Positions 39,053 through 49,177 are shown, counted from the first letter of the stretch. The stretch: DNA of 64,000 nt from Candidatus Aerophobetes bacterium Ae_b3a (GCA_005223095.1 NJBQ01000001.1:8408-72407), one strand, 5' to 3'. Numbers and translations: made by a program. The notes: generated from the letters alone by a model not told the origin.

Positions 39053-39603
39053 TGAGCACCGATAAATATCCTGATAAATTCTTGTTCAAAGACTCTTCTA
39101 GAAATGGCCAGGGGAATAAAGCGGAGAAGTTCTTCTATGCCAGTTGATATTTTTGTCTTTACCCGCATAAGAGTTGATATGTTTCTGCCTTTCTTAAAAC
39201 AGTAAATTCTTCCTTTTATCTCTCTGTCATCAAACACATAGGAATGAGTTAATCCTGACTTTTCTAGCTTTTCCCCCGCCTTTTTTTGTTCCTGAAGTAT
39301 TGTTTCCTCCTTGGATAGCTTAGCAAAGGAGAGATAAAGACCATCAATCCGTAGTCTCCCTTCCTTTTCCAAATAGGCAATTTCCTCTCTTTTGTTGTCA
39401 TATACCTTGATGCCACTCCTGGCAGGATAAAATGTCTCCAGGTAGCCTTTTATTCCTTGCGGAGTCTTTACTTCCAGCACTAGAGGTAGCTTCTTTTCTT
39501 TTAGGATAAAGTCGCCATCTATATAACCCAGCAGTCTGCTATCTTTCTCTATCTTTAGTAGGTGCGTTCTATTTTGGTTGGTTCTAATGATATATCGGTT
39601 CAT
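39049..39603 (-). CDS. hypothetical protein (184 aa), first gene of the AAA+/vWA operon
   Basis: Starts MNRYII, sharing the MNRYI start with the AAA+ protein's N-terminal extension. No recognisable catalytic motif. Confidence 0.4.
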   Translation of the reverse strand: MNRYIIRTNQNRTHLLKIEKDSRLLGYIDGDFILKEKKLPLVLEVKTPQGIKGYLETFYPARSGIKVYDNKREEIAYLEKEGRLRIDGLYLSFAKLSKEETILQEQKKAGEKLEKSGLTHSYVFDDREIKGRIYCFKKGRNISTLMRVKTKISTGIEELLRFIPLAISRRVFEQEFIRIFIGAQ

Positions 39604-39689
39604 TAAATCGTCGCCATTCTCGTATTGCGTCGTGCGTGATGCGTATTGCGCAATATGAAATACGAAAAGCGTAAATATTCACCGAACGA

Positions 39690-39790
39690 CGTCATTGCGA
39701 GCGCAAGCGAAGCAATCTCATTCTTCATCAGAGATTGCCACGTCGTCCTGAAGGCTTTCAGGACTCCTCGCAATGACAGAAAGAAACGTA
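39690..39790 (+). repeat. multi-hairpin intergenic repeat element (module F), full copy: outer arms GTCATTGCGAG/CTCGCAATGAC enclosing hairpins GCAATCTCAT..AGAGATTGC and GTCCTGAA-ggct-TTCAGGAC
   Basis: Nested inverted repeats read directly from the sequence. A homologous copy lies at 23628-23730, with partial copies at 12222-12252 and 59375-59410 in reverse orientation. Confidence 0.55.
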
Positions 39791-40112
39791 TTTCACTGAG
39801 CATTTACCGAAAAGCGAACAAAGTGAAGCAATCTCAATGAGGTATTGGATATTCAATGTTCTTTTTGGTGTGAAGACTATTTTTCTGTCGCTCAGTCTTG
39901 TATTAGGGGAAAGTTGTTCAGTGTAGGGAATGGCCAGTCCTGTTTTCTACATAACTCTTAGGCTAAAAGGCGCGCATACTGTTTCTTTGCTTCTTTTTTC
40001 TCAGCCCCTCTTCTTTTAGGTTATTTTATTATTTTGTGAACACTCTACATTCATTATATACATTATAACGGCATTGTAAAGGGGAGAAAACGAATCTTTT
40101 AAAATTTACAAA

Positions 40113-41435
40113 CTACCAAAAATGTTTAAATTGAGGCAGTTGGTTTTTGTTTGCCTCAAACATCTCCTTTACCATCTTCTCTATTTCGGCCAGGCTTAAA
40201 ACAGCAGAGGTTAAAGGATCAAAACAGATTGAATGAAATATCATTCTCGGATCACCACTAATAGCACCATCCACTGCCAGCTCTTCGCATCTAGCACTGA
40301 TATTATTGAGAATAGCCAGTTGTGGCGGTAGCGAACCTACATGAATAGGACTAAATCCACGCTTGGAGGTAATTACTGGCACTTCAACACAGCAGCCTTC
40401 TGGAAGATTATCTATAAGACCAAAGTTTCTCACATTTCCATTAAATTCATACAGGGTTCCATCTCCAATTGTGGCATTGAAAATGTTTGCTGCATACTCT
40501 TTGCCTCTTTTTAGGTCTATTGATGGTTCTTCAAGCCATTTCTTTATTTCAGATTTCCAGGTATGCTCTCTTTTCAGGTATTCTTTCAGGATAAAGGCAT
40601 ATTCTCCCGGATTCCAGCCAGTACTATGCCTGCAATATTTCTCTATCAGGTCAGCTCTTTTTCTAAACCAGGCATTGTATTCCGAGTTATGGCCACTGGA
40701 TTCCGTAGCATAATAATCCAGATGGAGAAACATCTCATTTCTTACCTGCTCTTCATTGTAAATCTCAGGTCTCTTAACAGCTTCTTTAATAAGAGGGTAG
40801 ACATCTTTACCATTCCTTTTGAACTCCAGAAACCAAGCCTGATGATTTATCCCGGCACAAAGATAGGTAATCTCTTCCATAGGAGCACCTATCCACTTGG
40901 CCAGCATCTCGGCTGTACCCTGGACGCTGTGGCAAAGACCGGTTACTTTGACTTTGCTCTCACTTTGCATGGCACGACAAAGCATAGCCATAGGGTTTGT
41001 ATAGTTTAGGAAAATAGCCTCAGGGCAGTAATGCTCTATGTCTTTACATATGTCAAGCATTACTGGTATTGTTCTCAAGGCCCTGAAAATTCCAGCCGGG
41101 CCCCTGGTATCGCCAACATTTATATCCACTCCATACTTTTTGGGGATTTCTATATCTGACCGCCATACCTGAACCCCGCCCACAAGGATGGTGCAAACCA
41201 CTCCATCTGCTCCCTTGAGCGCCTCAACTCTATCTTTGGTAGCAAGCACCTTTGCTGGGTAATTTCCCGCAGCGATTATTTTCTCTATTGCTTTTTTCGC
41301 GAAGAAAAGGCGTTCCTCATTGATATCCATAAGCGCTACCGTACTGCCCTCAAGTGCGGGGAAAGTGAGAATATCCCTCACCAATCTTCTGGTGAATTCA
41401 AAGCTCCCTGCTCCTATAAAAGCAATTTTTGGCAT
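40113..41435 (-). CDS. GH4 family NAD+/Mn2+-dependent glycosidase (alpha-glucosidase/alpha-galactosidase type)
   Basis: [18 protein letters not shown] (Rossmann GAGS start), the CHSV region ([10 protein letters not shown]), and ~440 aa, typical of GH4. Confidence 0.85.
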   Translation of the reverse strand: MPKIAFIGAGSFEFTRRLVRDILTFPALEGSTVALMDINEERLFFAKKAIEKIIAAGNYPAKVLATKDRVEALKGADGVVCTILVGGVQVWRSDIEIPKKYGVDINVGDTRGPAGIFRALRTIPVMLDICKDIEHYCPEAIFLNYTNPMAMLCRAMQSESKVKVTGLCHSVQGTAEMLAKWIGAPMEEITYLCAGINHQAWFLEFKRNGKDVYPLIKEAVKRPEIYNEEQVRNEMFLHLDYYATESSGHNSEYNAWFRKRADLIEKYCRHSTGWNPGEYAFILKEYLKREHTWKSEIKKWLEEPSIDLKRGKEYAANIFNATIGDGTLYEFNGNVRNFGLIDNLPEGCCVEVPVITSKRGFSPIHVGSLPPQLAILNNISARCEELAVDGAISGDPRMIFHSICFDPLTSAVLSLAEIEKMVKEMFEANKNQLPQFKHFW

Positions 41436-41463
41436 ATAAAACTCCTTTCTTATCTCAGTATTA

Positions 41464-42462
41464 TTAAGCGTAGAGCCAACATTTGACCTGATGTCCTTTT
41501 TCTACTTCAATTACGGGAGGTTCCTCTTCAGATTGACAAATTTTTTTAATCTCCAAGCATCGGGGAGCGAAAAGGCAACCCCGGAGAATGGATAAAGGAT
41601 CAGGAACTGTTCCCTTAATCATGGCCAGTCTTTCTCCCTTTCCTACAATAGAGGGTATAGATTTTAATAAGGCCTGTAGATAAGGGTGCATGGGATGGTG
41701 GAAGAGGTCGTGAGCACTGGCGTATTCCATAATTTTTCCTAAATACATTACCGCTACATTATCGGATGTCTCGGCGATAACTCCCAGGTTGTGAGTTATC
41801 ATCATAATAGCCATACCAAATTCTTGTTGAAGCTCTTTCATTAGCTCTAATACCTGGGCCTGGACAGTTACGTCTAAAGCGGTAGTAGGCTCATCAGCGA
41901 TAAGAAGATTAGGATGGCAGGAAAGAGCCATAGCGATTATAGCCCTCTGACGCATACCCCCGCTCAGTTGATGAGGATAATCATCGACCCTTTGAGCCGG
42001 ATCAGAGATTCCTACCCGATCCAGCATCTTGATAGCGTGCTCTTTAGCCTCCTTCTTGGTTACCTTTTGATGGACCATGATGGATTCAATTATTTGATCT
42101 CCGATGGTATAGACCGGATTCAGGGAAATCATGGGTTCCTGAAAGATCATGGCTATTTCTCCCCCTCTAATGTTCCTCATCTTGCTTCCCCTTGAATCTA
42201 ACCGGATAAGATCTACACTTTTTTCTTTATTTTCCCCATATAATATCTCTCCCCGGGTTATCCTTCCTGGAGGTGCAGGAATCAATCGCATAATGGAAAG
42301 AGCGGTAACGCTTTTTCCACAGCCGCTTTCGCCTACTACGCCTAAGGTCTCACCCCGACGTATCTTTAAATTAACCCCATCTACTGCTTTGACAATCCCA
42401 TCATCAGTATAGAAATAGGTGCACAACCCTTTTACATTGATTAAACAAGAATTGGTCTCCAA
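41464..42462 (-). CDS. ABC transporter ATP-binding protein (Dpp/Opp D/F family)
   Basis: Walker A GESGCGKS, signature LSGGMRQR, Walker [13 protein letters not shown]. Oligopeptide-type C-terminal extension. Confidence 0.9.
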   Translation of the reverse strand: METNSCLINVKGLCTYFYTDDGIVKAVDGVNLKIRRGETLGVVGESGCGKSVTALSIMRLIPAPPGRITRGEILYGENKEKSVDLIRLDSRGSKMRNIRGGEIAMIFQEPMISLNPVYTIGDQIIESIMVHQKVTKKEAKEHAIKMLDRVGISDPAQRVDDYPHQLSGGMRQRAIIAMALSCHPNLLIADEPTTALDVTVQAQVLELMKELQQEFGMAIMMITHNLGVIAETSDNVAVMYLGKIMEYASAHDLFHHPMHPYLQALLKSIPSIVGKGERLAMIKGTVPDPLSILRGCLFAPRCLEIKKICQSEEEPPVIEVEKGHQVKCWLYA

Positions 42463-42526
42463 TTTTTTCCTGCCTGATTGTTTTAGGGGTATTTCTTACC
42501 TTGTGAAGCTATTTAGATTATTCTTG

Positions 42527-43549
42527 CTAAAATTGTCTTATTCCTTTTAAGGAAAAATCATCAGCAAAATGACAGGCTACATAATGCTCATCGCCGATAT
42601 CCTCCAGAGGAGGTTCCTCTTGACTACAGATCTTTTTAGCATATCGGCATCTGGGATGGAAAGTGCATCCGGAGGGAGAATTCGCCGGGTTAGGGACATC
42701 CCCTTGCAGAAGAATACGTTCTGGTTTAACATCTGGATCAATGACGGGAACAGCGGACATTAAGGCTTCAGTATAAGGATGCCTCGGTCCTTGGTAAACC
42801 TCCTCCGCTTGGCCCACCTCCATTATCTTTCCCACATACATTACCGCTATGCGGTTGCTAATATGATACACTACGCTCAGGTCATGGGCAATAAAAAGGT
42901 AGGTCAGGTTAAATTGCACCTGGAGGTTCTCCAGCAGGTTAATTACCTGAGCCTGGACTGACACATCAAGAGCTGAAACAGGCTCATCAGCGATAACTAA
43001 TCGGGGATTTAATGCTAAGGCTCGGGCAATTCCTATTCTCTGTCTTTGTCCACCACTGAACTCATGAGGATACCTTCTCATATATCTGGGATTTAGCCCC
43101 ACTATCTTCAAGAGTGTTCTAACCCTGTCCTCTATCTCCTTTCCCTGGGCCACCTTATGGATTATCAAGGGCTCACCCACTATATCCATAACTGTCATTC
43201 GAGGATTTAAAGAAGCATAGGGGTCCTGAAAGATCATCCTCATCTCTCTTCTCAGGCTCTTTATCTCCCTGTCTTCTAATTTGGTTATATCTAATTTTTT
43301 CCCTTTGCCCGTCTTAAACCAGACCTCTCCATCTGTAGGCTCTATCAACCTCAGGATGCTTCTTCCAAGCGTGGTTTTCCCACAGCCACTTTCTCCCACC
43401 AGCCCAAGAGTTTCCCCCTGGCGAATAAAAAGATCAACTCTATCAACTGCCTTGACGTAGCCTACAACTCGTCGAAAGACTCCCCTGGTTATGGGAAAGT
43501 ATTTCTTGAGATTTTTTACCTCAAGCAATATCTCGTTCTGCTTGTCCAC
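42527..43549 (-). CDS. ABC transporter ATP-binding protein (Dpp/Opp D/F family)
   Basis: Walker [10 protein letters not shown], signature FSGGQRQR, Walker [13 protein letters not shown]. Confidence 0.9.
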   Translation of the reverse strand: MDKQNEILLEVKNLKKYFPITRGVFRRVVGYVKAVDRVDLFIRQGETLGLVGESGCGKTTLGRSILRLIEPTDGEVWFKTGKGKKLDITKLEDREIKSLRREMRMIFQDPYASLNPRMTVMDIVGEPLIIHKVAQGKEIEDRVRTLLKIVGLNPRYMRRYPHEFSGGQRQRIGIARALALNPRLVIADEPVSALDVSVQAQVINLLENLQVQFNLTYLFIAHDLSVVYHISNRIAVMYVGKIMEVGQAEEVYQGPRHPYTEALMSAVPVIDPDVKPERILLQGDVPNPANSPSGCTFHPRCRYAKKICSQEEPPLEDIGDEHYVACHFADDFSLKGIRQF

Positions 43550-43572
43550 CTCTCACCTCATATGATCTGTTA

Positions 43573-44718
43573 TCATCGGCGTGAGTAAGGATCAGCCGCA
43601 TCCCTTAAGCCATCCCCCAAGAAGTTAAAGCCCAGAACGGTAATTACAATAAATGCGCCCGGAATTGCAATCCAGAGATGTCTTCCCATGGTTTGCAGGT
43701 TTTGAGCTTCTTGCAAGAGGACTCCCCAGCTTACCATTGGAGGTTGAAGACCTAATCCCAAAAAGCTTAAGGTACTTTCCGCCAATATCAGCCAGGGGAT
43801 AGTTATGGTAAGTACCACAATAATATGGCTAAGACAATTAGGAATAAGATATTTAAAGATAATTCTGGCATCACTTGCTCCTGCCTCTTTGGCTGATAAA
43901 ACAAACTCCTGCTCACGCAAGGACAACACCTTTCCCCTTACCTCTCTGGCAAGGGGAGTCCAGCTTAACAGCCCAAATAGCATCATTATGGCTATGAAAA
44001 CGTATAAAGATGACCAGGTTGCAGGAATGGCGATACTGAGAGCCATCCATAAGGGTAGTTGAGGGAAAGATTGAAGAAACTCAACTATCCGCTGAAGAAT
44101 CATATCAGTAATACCTCCATAATATGCCGAAATTGTGCCCACCATGCTTCCTATGAAAGCACTGAGGATTGCTCCAAGTAGAGCTATCGATAACGACACT
44201 CTCCCTCCTAACATAATCCTTGCCCAAAGATCCCTGCCATAATTGTCCATTCCGAAAAGATGTATACTACCTCCCTTCGCAACACCAAAGAGATGCAACT
44301 TGCAGGGAATTCCAAAGGGCTTATACTCCCATCCTCTTACCAAAAAATAAATGGGAAATCTTTTGCTTGTGTCCTCCGTATAAATTCTCTTCCAGGTCTG
44401 AGGATCGAGCTCCAGCTTTAAATTATAGACAAATGGTCTTAAGTGGAACTTACCCTTGTCATCGAAAAAATGTATTCTCTGAGGAGGGGAAAAACTTGCA
44501 CGGTGATCGATTTTTAAGGGATTGTAAGGAGAGAAAAAGGGAGCAAAGATAGCTAAAATAGCCATAATAATAACTAAAATAGCACCGATAATAGCAGTTT
44601 TGCTTCTTTTAAATTTTCTCCAAACCAGTTGTATATATGCCTCACCTTTTACAGGCTCCGCAAAGCTGTTTTTTTTTCTTGATCTCTCATTTTTTAATAT
44701 CAAGAATGCCTCAGTCAT
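43573..44718 (-). CDS. ABC transporter permease (DppC/OppC-type) with an extended periplasmic loop
   Basis: 381 aa. N-terminal TM, then a ~100-aa soluble loop, then the conserved permease core. Confidence 0.85.
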   Translation of the reverse strand: MTEAFLILKNERSRKKNSFAEPVKGEAYIQLVWRKFKRSKTAIIGAILVIIMAILAIFAPFFSPYNPLKIDHRASFSPPQRIHFFDDKGKFHLRPFVYNLKLELDPQTWKRIYTEDTSKRFPIYFLVRGWEYKPFGIPCKLHLFGVAKGGSIHLFGMDNYGRDLWARIMLGGRVSLSIALLGAILSAFIGSMVGTISAYYGGITDMILQRIVEFLQSFPQLPLWMALSIAIPATWSSLYVFIAIMMLFGLLSWTPLAREVRGKVLSLREQEFVLSAKEAGASDARIIFKYLIPNCLSHIIVVLTITIPWLILAESTLSFLGLGLQPPMVSWGVLLQEAQNLQTMGRHLWIAIPGAFIVITVLGFNFLGDGLRDAADPYSRR

Positions 44719-45724
44719 ACCTTATTCGGGGATCTATCCAGGCCAGAATGAGATCAGATAATAGATTTCCAATCACTAAAACAACTGTCACCATCAACAG
44801 AAAAGATCCAGCTAAAAGAGTATCCTGAAACACAAGAGCATCGTAAAATGCAGGACCGGTGGTGGGAAGATTTAAGACTATGGCGGTAACCATTGTCCCC
44901 TGTACTATGTAAGGAAGAGCTACTCCTTGATAGGCGATAATGGGATGGAGGGCATTTACCACTGCGTGTTTATAGAGAACAATCCTTTCCTTCAAGCCCT
45001 TGGCACGAGCAGTAATTACATATTGAGATCTGAATACATCTAAAAGGTTTGCTCTCATTACCCGCATATTCCTGGCAACCCCTGCCACCCCTGAGATCAC
45101 TACCGGAATCCAAAAATGCTGAAGAAAATCAACAAATTTTGCCCAATTCCAGGTAGCTAAAACATACTCAGGGGAGCTAAGCCCTCCAACGTGGGGAACG
45201 CGGAACCTAAAAACCAGTAAATACATTATCACCAGGGCAGTAAAGAATTCAGGAAAGGAAAGACCTATAAATGCCAAAAAAGTACTCAAATGGTCTCCCA
45301 AACTGTATTGATGGGTAGCCGAATAAATACCAATTAAAAGCCCTACTAATGTAGAGATCAAATGGGCGGAAAGGGCTATGATCATGGTCCATTTTAATCT
45401 TTCCCAGATCACCTCCTGGGCAGGCTTTCTATATCCAAAGGAATAGCCGAAATCTCCCTTGGTAACGATGTTCTTTATCCAGATTAGATATTGAACAGGC
45501 ATGGATTTATCTAATCCATACGTTTTTCTCATCTCATCAACCATTTTTCTCGATTCCTCCTCACTTAAGCCCGCCTGAGATTTTAGTTGTGACTCTATAG
45601 CAGTCAAAAAATCACCGGGAGGGAGTTGGATTATCACAAAGCAAACAATACTAACAGCGAGCAATAATGGAATGACATAAAGAATTCTTCTGATAATATA
45701 GCTTATCACAGGATGGTTCCCCAT
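44711..45724 (-). CDS. ABC transporter permease (DppB/OppB-type)
   Basis: 337 aa polytopic protein. N-terminal MGNHPVISYIIRRILYVIPLLLAVSIVCFVIIQLPPGDF is typical of DppB/OppB. Confidence 0.85.
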   Translation of the reverse strand: MGNHPVISYIIRRILYVIPLLLAVSIVCFVIIQLPPGDFLTAIESQLKSQAGLSEEESRKMVDEMRKTYGLDKSMPVQYLIWIKNIVTKGDFGYSFGYRKPAQEVIWERLKWTMIIALSAHLISTLVGLLIGIYSATHQYSLGDHLSTFLAFIGLSFPEFFTALVIMYLLVFRFRVPHVGGLSSPEYVLATWNWAKFVDFLQHFWIPVVISGVAGVARNMRVMRANLLDVFRSQYVITARAKGLKERIVLYKHAVVNALHPIIAYQGVALPYIVQGTMVTAIVLNLPTTGPAFYDALVFQDTLLAGSFLLMVTVVLVIGNLLSDLILAWIDPRIRYD

Positions 45725-45790
45725 TTAATTAGGAGGGGGAAGGATATCCTTCCCCCTCCTACATTTCTTTCCTTTGTCCCTTTCCCTTGT

Positions 45791-47851
45791 TTATTTCTCC
45801 TCATAGGTTGGAATTACCCCCGGGAGAAGTTCAGGCTTTTGCTCCTCCTTGGGAACCCAAAGCTGCCATGCACATTGAGCCACATCGAACCATTCATACA
45901 TGTAAGGTGGAGTACCGGGTGGAACGTTCCTCAGTCTATTGGCAATTGCATTACCCACCTGCATCTTATAGAGGCCAATCGTGTAAACGTTTTCAGTCCA
46001 TAAATTTTGAATTTCTGAGAATGTTTCCCTTACCTTTGAACCAGATCTCTCAGTTTTTAGTGAGTTTATCAGATCTCTTAAGCGAGCCTCAAAGGGAAAT
46101 AGGTCTCTTTCCCCCCCTGGTCCAGCCTGGTGCCAGGTAGGAGTAATCTCGGTTACAGGCCCAAGGTCGGTTAATCTTGTCAGGGGAGTAAGACACAACA
46201 CATTATCACGATATATAGGTATCTCAAGTTCTCCACTGTCGGATAGAGCATCGTAAGTTGTGGTCTTGATGACTTTAAGAACAGACTTAATACCAGCTTC
46301 CCTAAGGTAGGGAACTAAGGCCTCTCCTAAGTTCACGGCTGCGGTTTCGTCTTCAACGATATGGATTACAAGGGTTAAATCCTGACCAGCTAATGGAGTA
46401 CCTGTAGCCCACTCCATTATACCATCGCCATCGATGTCCTTAAATCCCAGCTCTGCAAACAAACCTTTTGATTTTTCCAGATCATAAGCATAGGTGACGA
46501 TAGCATCGGGATCATAATATGGAGAAGAGTCAACCAGACTACCTTCATACGGTGCAATTAGAGGTCCTGGGAAAATTGAGTTTGTTATTCCCTCCCGGTT
46601 AATGGCGTAGGATAAAGCTTTTCTAAACCTGGGATCTCTGAATAACTCTCTCATGGCTCGGTCTCTCTCCGTCTTCACCCCTTTGTAAAGTGAAAAATTT
46701 GGCTGCAAACTAAACGAAGCGTTATAACCCACAAATCGAGCCACAAAGTAGGAGTCTGACCTCCGTGCTTCTTCCAGGGCAAAAGAGAAAACCCCCGGTG
46801 TTTCTAGGTTGGTATAATCAATACTTCCGGCTATCACATTTAAGGTTCTGGTTATCCCTCTTCTTCCCTTTTCAATATAAGCCTCGTTAAAATAGGGAAG
46901 TTGTTGTCCTTTCTCATCCACCTTCCAGTAGTAAGGATTTCTCCTGGCCACTATGAATCTTGCCGGTTCGAATTTTACTGGCACCCAAGGACCGAGCGTT
47001 ACCACCGGAAGATCCTCAGGAGGTAGGGAATGAATGAAGCCTTCGTAAGTAGCATCTGGATTGTATTTTGGATGATGCTTTGCTAGAACATGCTTGGGAA
47101 CTGGTGCCAAACCGTAGCGGCCCATGCGGAAAAGAATGTATAGAGGGAAGCCTGCCCCAAAACGCCACCTGATGGTATACTTATCTACCTTTTCCAGTTC
47201 GGTTAATTTTCCGTTTATTGTCCATGCGCCCGCGCCGAGGAAGGAAGGAATATGGGAATCTAAATGGCAGTCGTAATATGTAAACAGGACATCATCAGCC
47301 GTGAATTCCACTCCATCCGACCACTTTGCTCCTTCAAGCAGATGCATGGTAAGGGTCTTGCCATCTTCGGACCATTCCCAACTGGTAGCTAAGTTTGGTA
47401 CAGGTTCAATGGGATTTTTTAGCATCCACATATGGGCGGGTTCCACCAGGCCTTCCCAGACAAGCACCTCGGTGCCCCACCAACCTGATGTTAATCCTGC
47501 TGCCCAGTTCCAGCCCGCGGTTGGAGACCCACAAAAGACCCTCCACTTATCACCATATACCCCTAGGCCGTCACTCATAACCTTAGACTTTATAACCTGG
47601 GGGTTCTTGGGCAATCTCTCCCACACTGGGGGAAGTTCCCCTTTGGCCACTGCCAACTCTAATGCCTCAGGTTCGATATAGTTCGGGAGGGCCTTGTACT
47701 CCATAATGTCACTGATTTCGAACTTGCCTAAAAAGCTCTCCTGAGCGATAGCCACTGCACTAAACGAGGCGATGAACATAAGCGCTATTAATATTGGCAT
47801 AACTCTCTTCATCTTAACCTCCGGAAAAACATATTTTCTTGCGTCATACAT
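45791..47851 (-). CDS. ABC transporter substrate-binding protein, family 5 (DppA/OppA-type), secreted
   Basis: Signal peptide MKRVMPILIALMFIASFSAVAIA. 686 aa. Paralogous to the SBP at 12979 but strongly diverged at the protein level. Confidence 0.85.
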   Translation of the reverse strand: MYDARKYVFPEVKMKRVMPILIALMFIASFSAVAIAQESFLGKFEISDIMEYKALPNYIEPEALELAVAKGELPPVWERLPKNPQVIKSKVMSDGLGVYGDKWRVFCGSPTAGWNWAAGLTSGWWGTEVLVWEGLVEPAHMWMLKNPIEPVPNLATSWEWSEDGKTLTMHLLEGAKWSDGVEFTADDVLFTYYDCHLDSHIPSFLGAGAWTINGKLTELEKVDKYTIRWRFGAGFPLYILFRMGRYGLAPVPKHVLAKHHPKYNPDATYEGFIHSLPPEDLPVVTLGPWVPVKFEPARFIVARRNPYYWKVDEKGQQLPYFNEAYIEKGRRGITRTLNVIAGSIDYTNLETPGVFSFALEEARRSDSYFVARFVGYNASFSLQPNFSLYKGVKTERDRAMRELFRDPRFRKALSYAINREGITNSIFPGPLIAPYEGSLVDSSPYYDPDAIVTYAYDLEKSKGLFAELGFKDIDGDGIMEWATGTPLAGQDLTLVIHIVEDETAAVNLGEALVPYLREAGIKSVLKVIKTTTYDALSDSGELEIPIYRDNVLCLTPLTRLTDLGPVTEITPTWHQAGPGGERDLFPFEARLRDLINSLKTERSGSKVRETFSEIQNLWTENVYTIGLYKMQVGNAIANRLRNVPPGTPPYMYEWFDVAQCAWQLWVPKEEQKPELLPGVIPTYEEK

Positions 47852-47928
47852 TACTCATTTTTCTGTGGAAAGCCCTAAAAACTAGAGAAAGGAATAGATC
47901 CTTCAACATTTCTCTTTTTAGATGCTTT

Positions 47929-48312
47929 CCTCATACCCCAGCTAACGACTTACTTGCTTCTCACCTCCCTCTGGCCTTATTTTTAGCTCTTTAACCCTTA
48001 AATTATCCGTCTTCTTAACTCAAGTTATAAACTGTCTCCTGCGGGAGGTCGAGCCGTCCAGTCTCTCATTATAAGCTTTTCCCCCAGCAGCACCTTTTTT
48101 GGCGTCCCTCTATCCTTCCACTTATTTCATCAGCGCAGATTATGAGAAGCAGATATACTCTAACCTCTTCTGCAGACAAGTTTTGCCATAAATTTGTCTG
48201 ACTTAGCTTCTCTAGAAGCTCACCTTTGTCTATCTTCATCACTTAACAGTATAAGATAAATAGGTATGCTTGTCAAGTCTCGTGTAGGCTAAATAATCTC
48301 TCTCAACTAATT
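47929..48312 (-). promoter_or_regulatory. conserved promoter-plus-leader element, copy B (minus orientation): -35 TTGACA at 48276-48271, 17-nt spacer, -10 TATACT at 48253-48248, then a ~300-nt conserved leader
   Basis: Reverse complement aligns with 12510-12884 at roughly 95% identity in two blocks, separated by a ~75-nt non-homologous central segment. Confidence 0.6.
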
Positions 48313-48454
48313 CCTAACCTTGCCCCCTCCCAGTTTTTAGTATTCCTCTATAAACCCACCTTTAAGAAGCTTTTCCAAGTAAGAGTTCTTCCTTTTTCAG
48401 CAATCTCTTATAGCGAGATTTCAAAAACTGGGGGGCGGCAAGGTAACAGGGGGG

Positions 48455-48482
48455 TTGACTTAGCCCCTGCTTATACTATACT
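48455..48482 (+). promoter_or_regulatory. candidate sigma-70-type promoter TTGACT-16-TATACT facing the family-1 SBP sugar operon (divergent from the copy-B promoter)
   Basis: Hexamers read directly from the sequence. A transcript from here would have a ~690-nt leader, so closer promoters cannot be excluded. Confidence 0.35.
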
Positions 48483-49177
48483 ATATATAGGTATTAAGTT
48501 ACTCGCTCTTAGATGATTACCTGGATTGCCAAAAAATCATCTTTGGTAACAAGGTATTGTTTCATACAAAATCAATATAAGATTCTCCCTTTCTCAAACC
48601 AGAACATAGTACCTCCATATATCACCAGAACCAGAGTTTTGGACCCCACCAGACAATAGACACCGCAGTTCACTTCTCAAAAAGTAGAGTTTACTTCTTT
48701 CTTATTAAGGTCATTGTTGATGATTGATCATAGATGAGACCTGGAAGAACGGATAAACTCCCTTAAGAATTCCAATCTTTGGTGTAATGTTATAGTATCG
48801 CAATTTTGATAATTTCTCTGGATCGTTATCAACCAAACCTCCTCAGGTAATAGCTCAGAAAAACGGGGGGAGCAGGCCGAAGGCCGTTGAGGGGGGATGT
48901 TTCCCCCCTCAATATGTTCATTGGGATATTCCCAATAATATAACTAGGCAAGAGGCAAGCAATAAAACAAATATTACTGAGATATGTCATATAGCATATT
49001 GTGAGAGTTTTAAAGAAACTAGCAAGAATAAAGGGTCTGAGGGGAGGTGAGAAATCGGGTAGGCCAAATCCAGCTTGGATAAAAGAAAGTTCTCAAAGAA
49101 AAAAGGAAAATGTTAGATAATTGCCTTTGTTGATGGGAGCTTTTAGAAAAAGTGAACTTTAAAAAAGGAGTATTAGG

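Noticed and set aside
40131-40159. Hairpin TTGAGGCA-N12-TGCCTCAA resembling a terminator
   Set aside because: It lies inside the 3' end of the GH4 coding sequence (40113-41435), not downstream of it.
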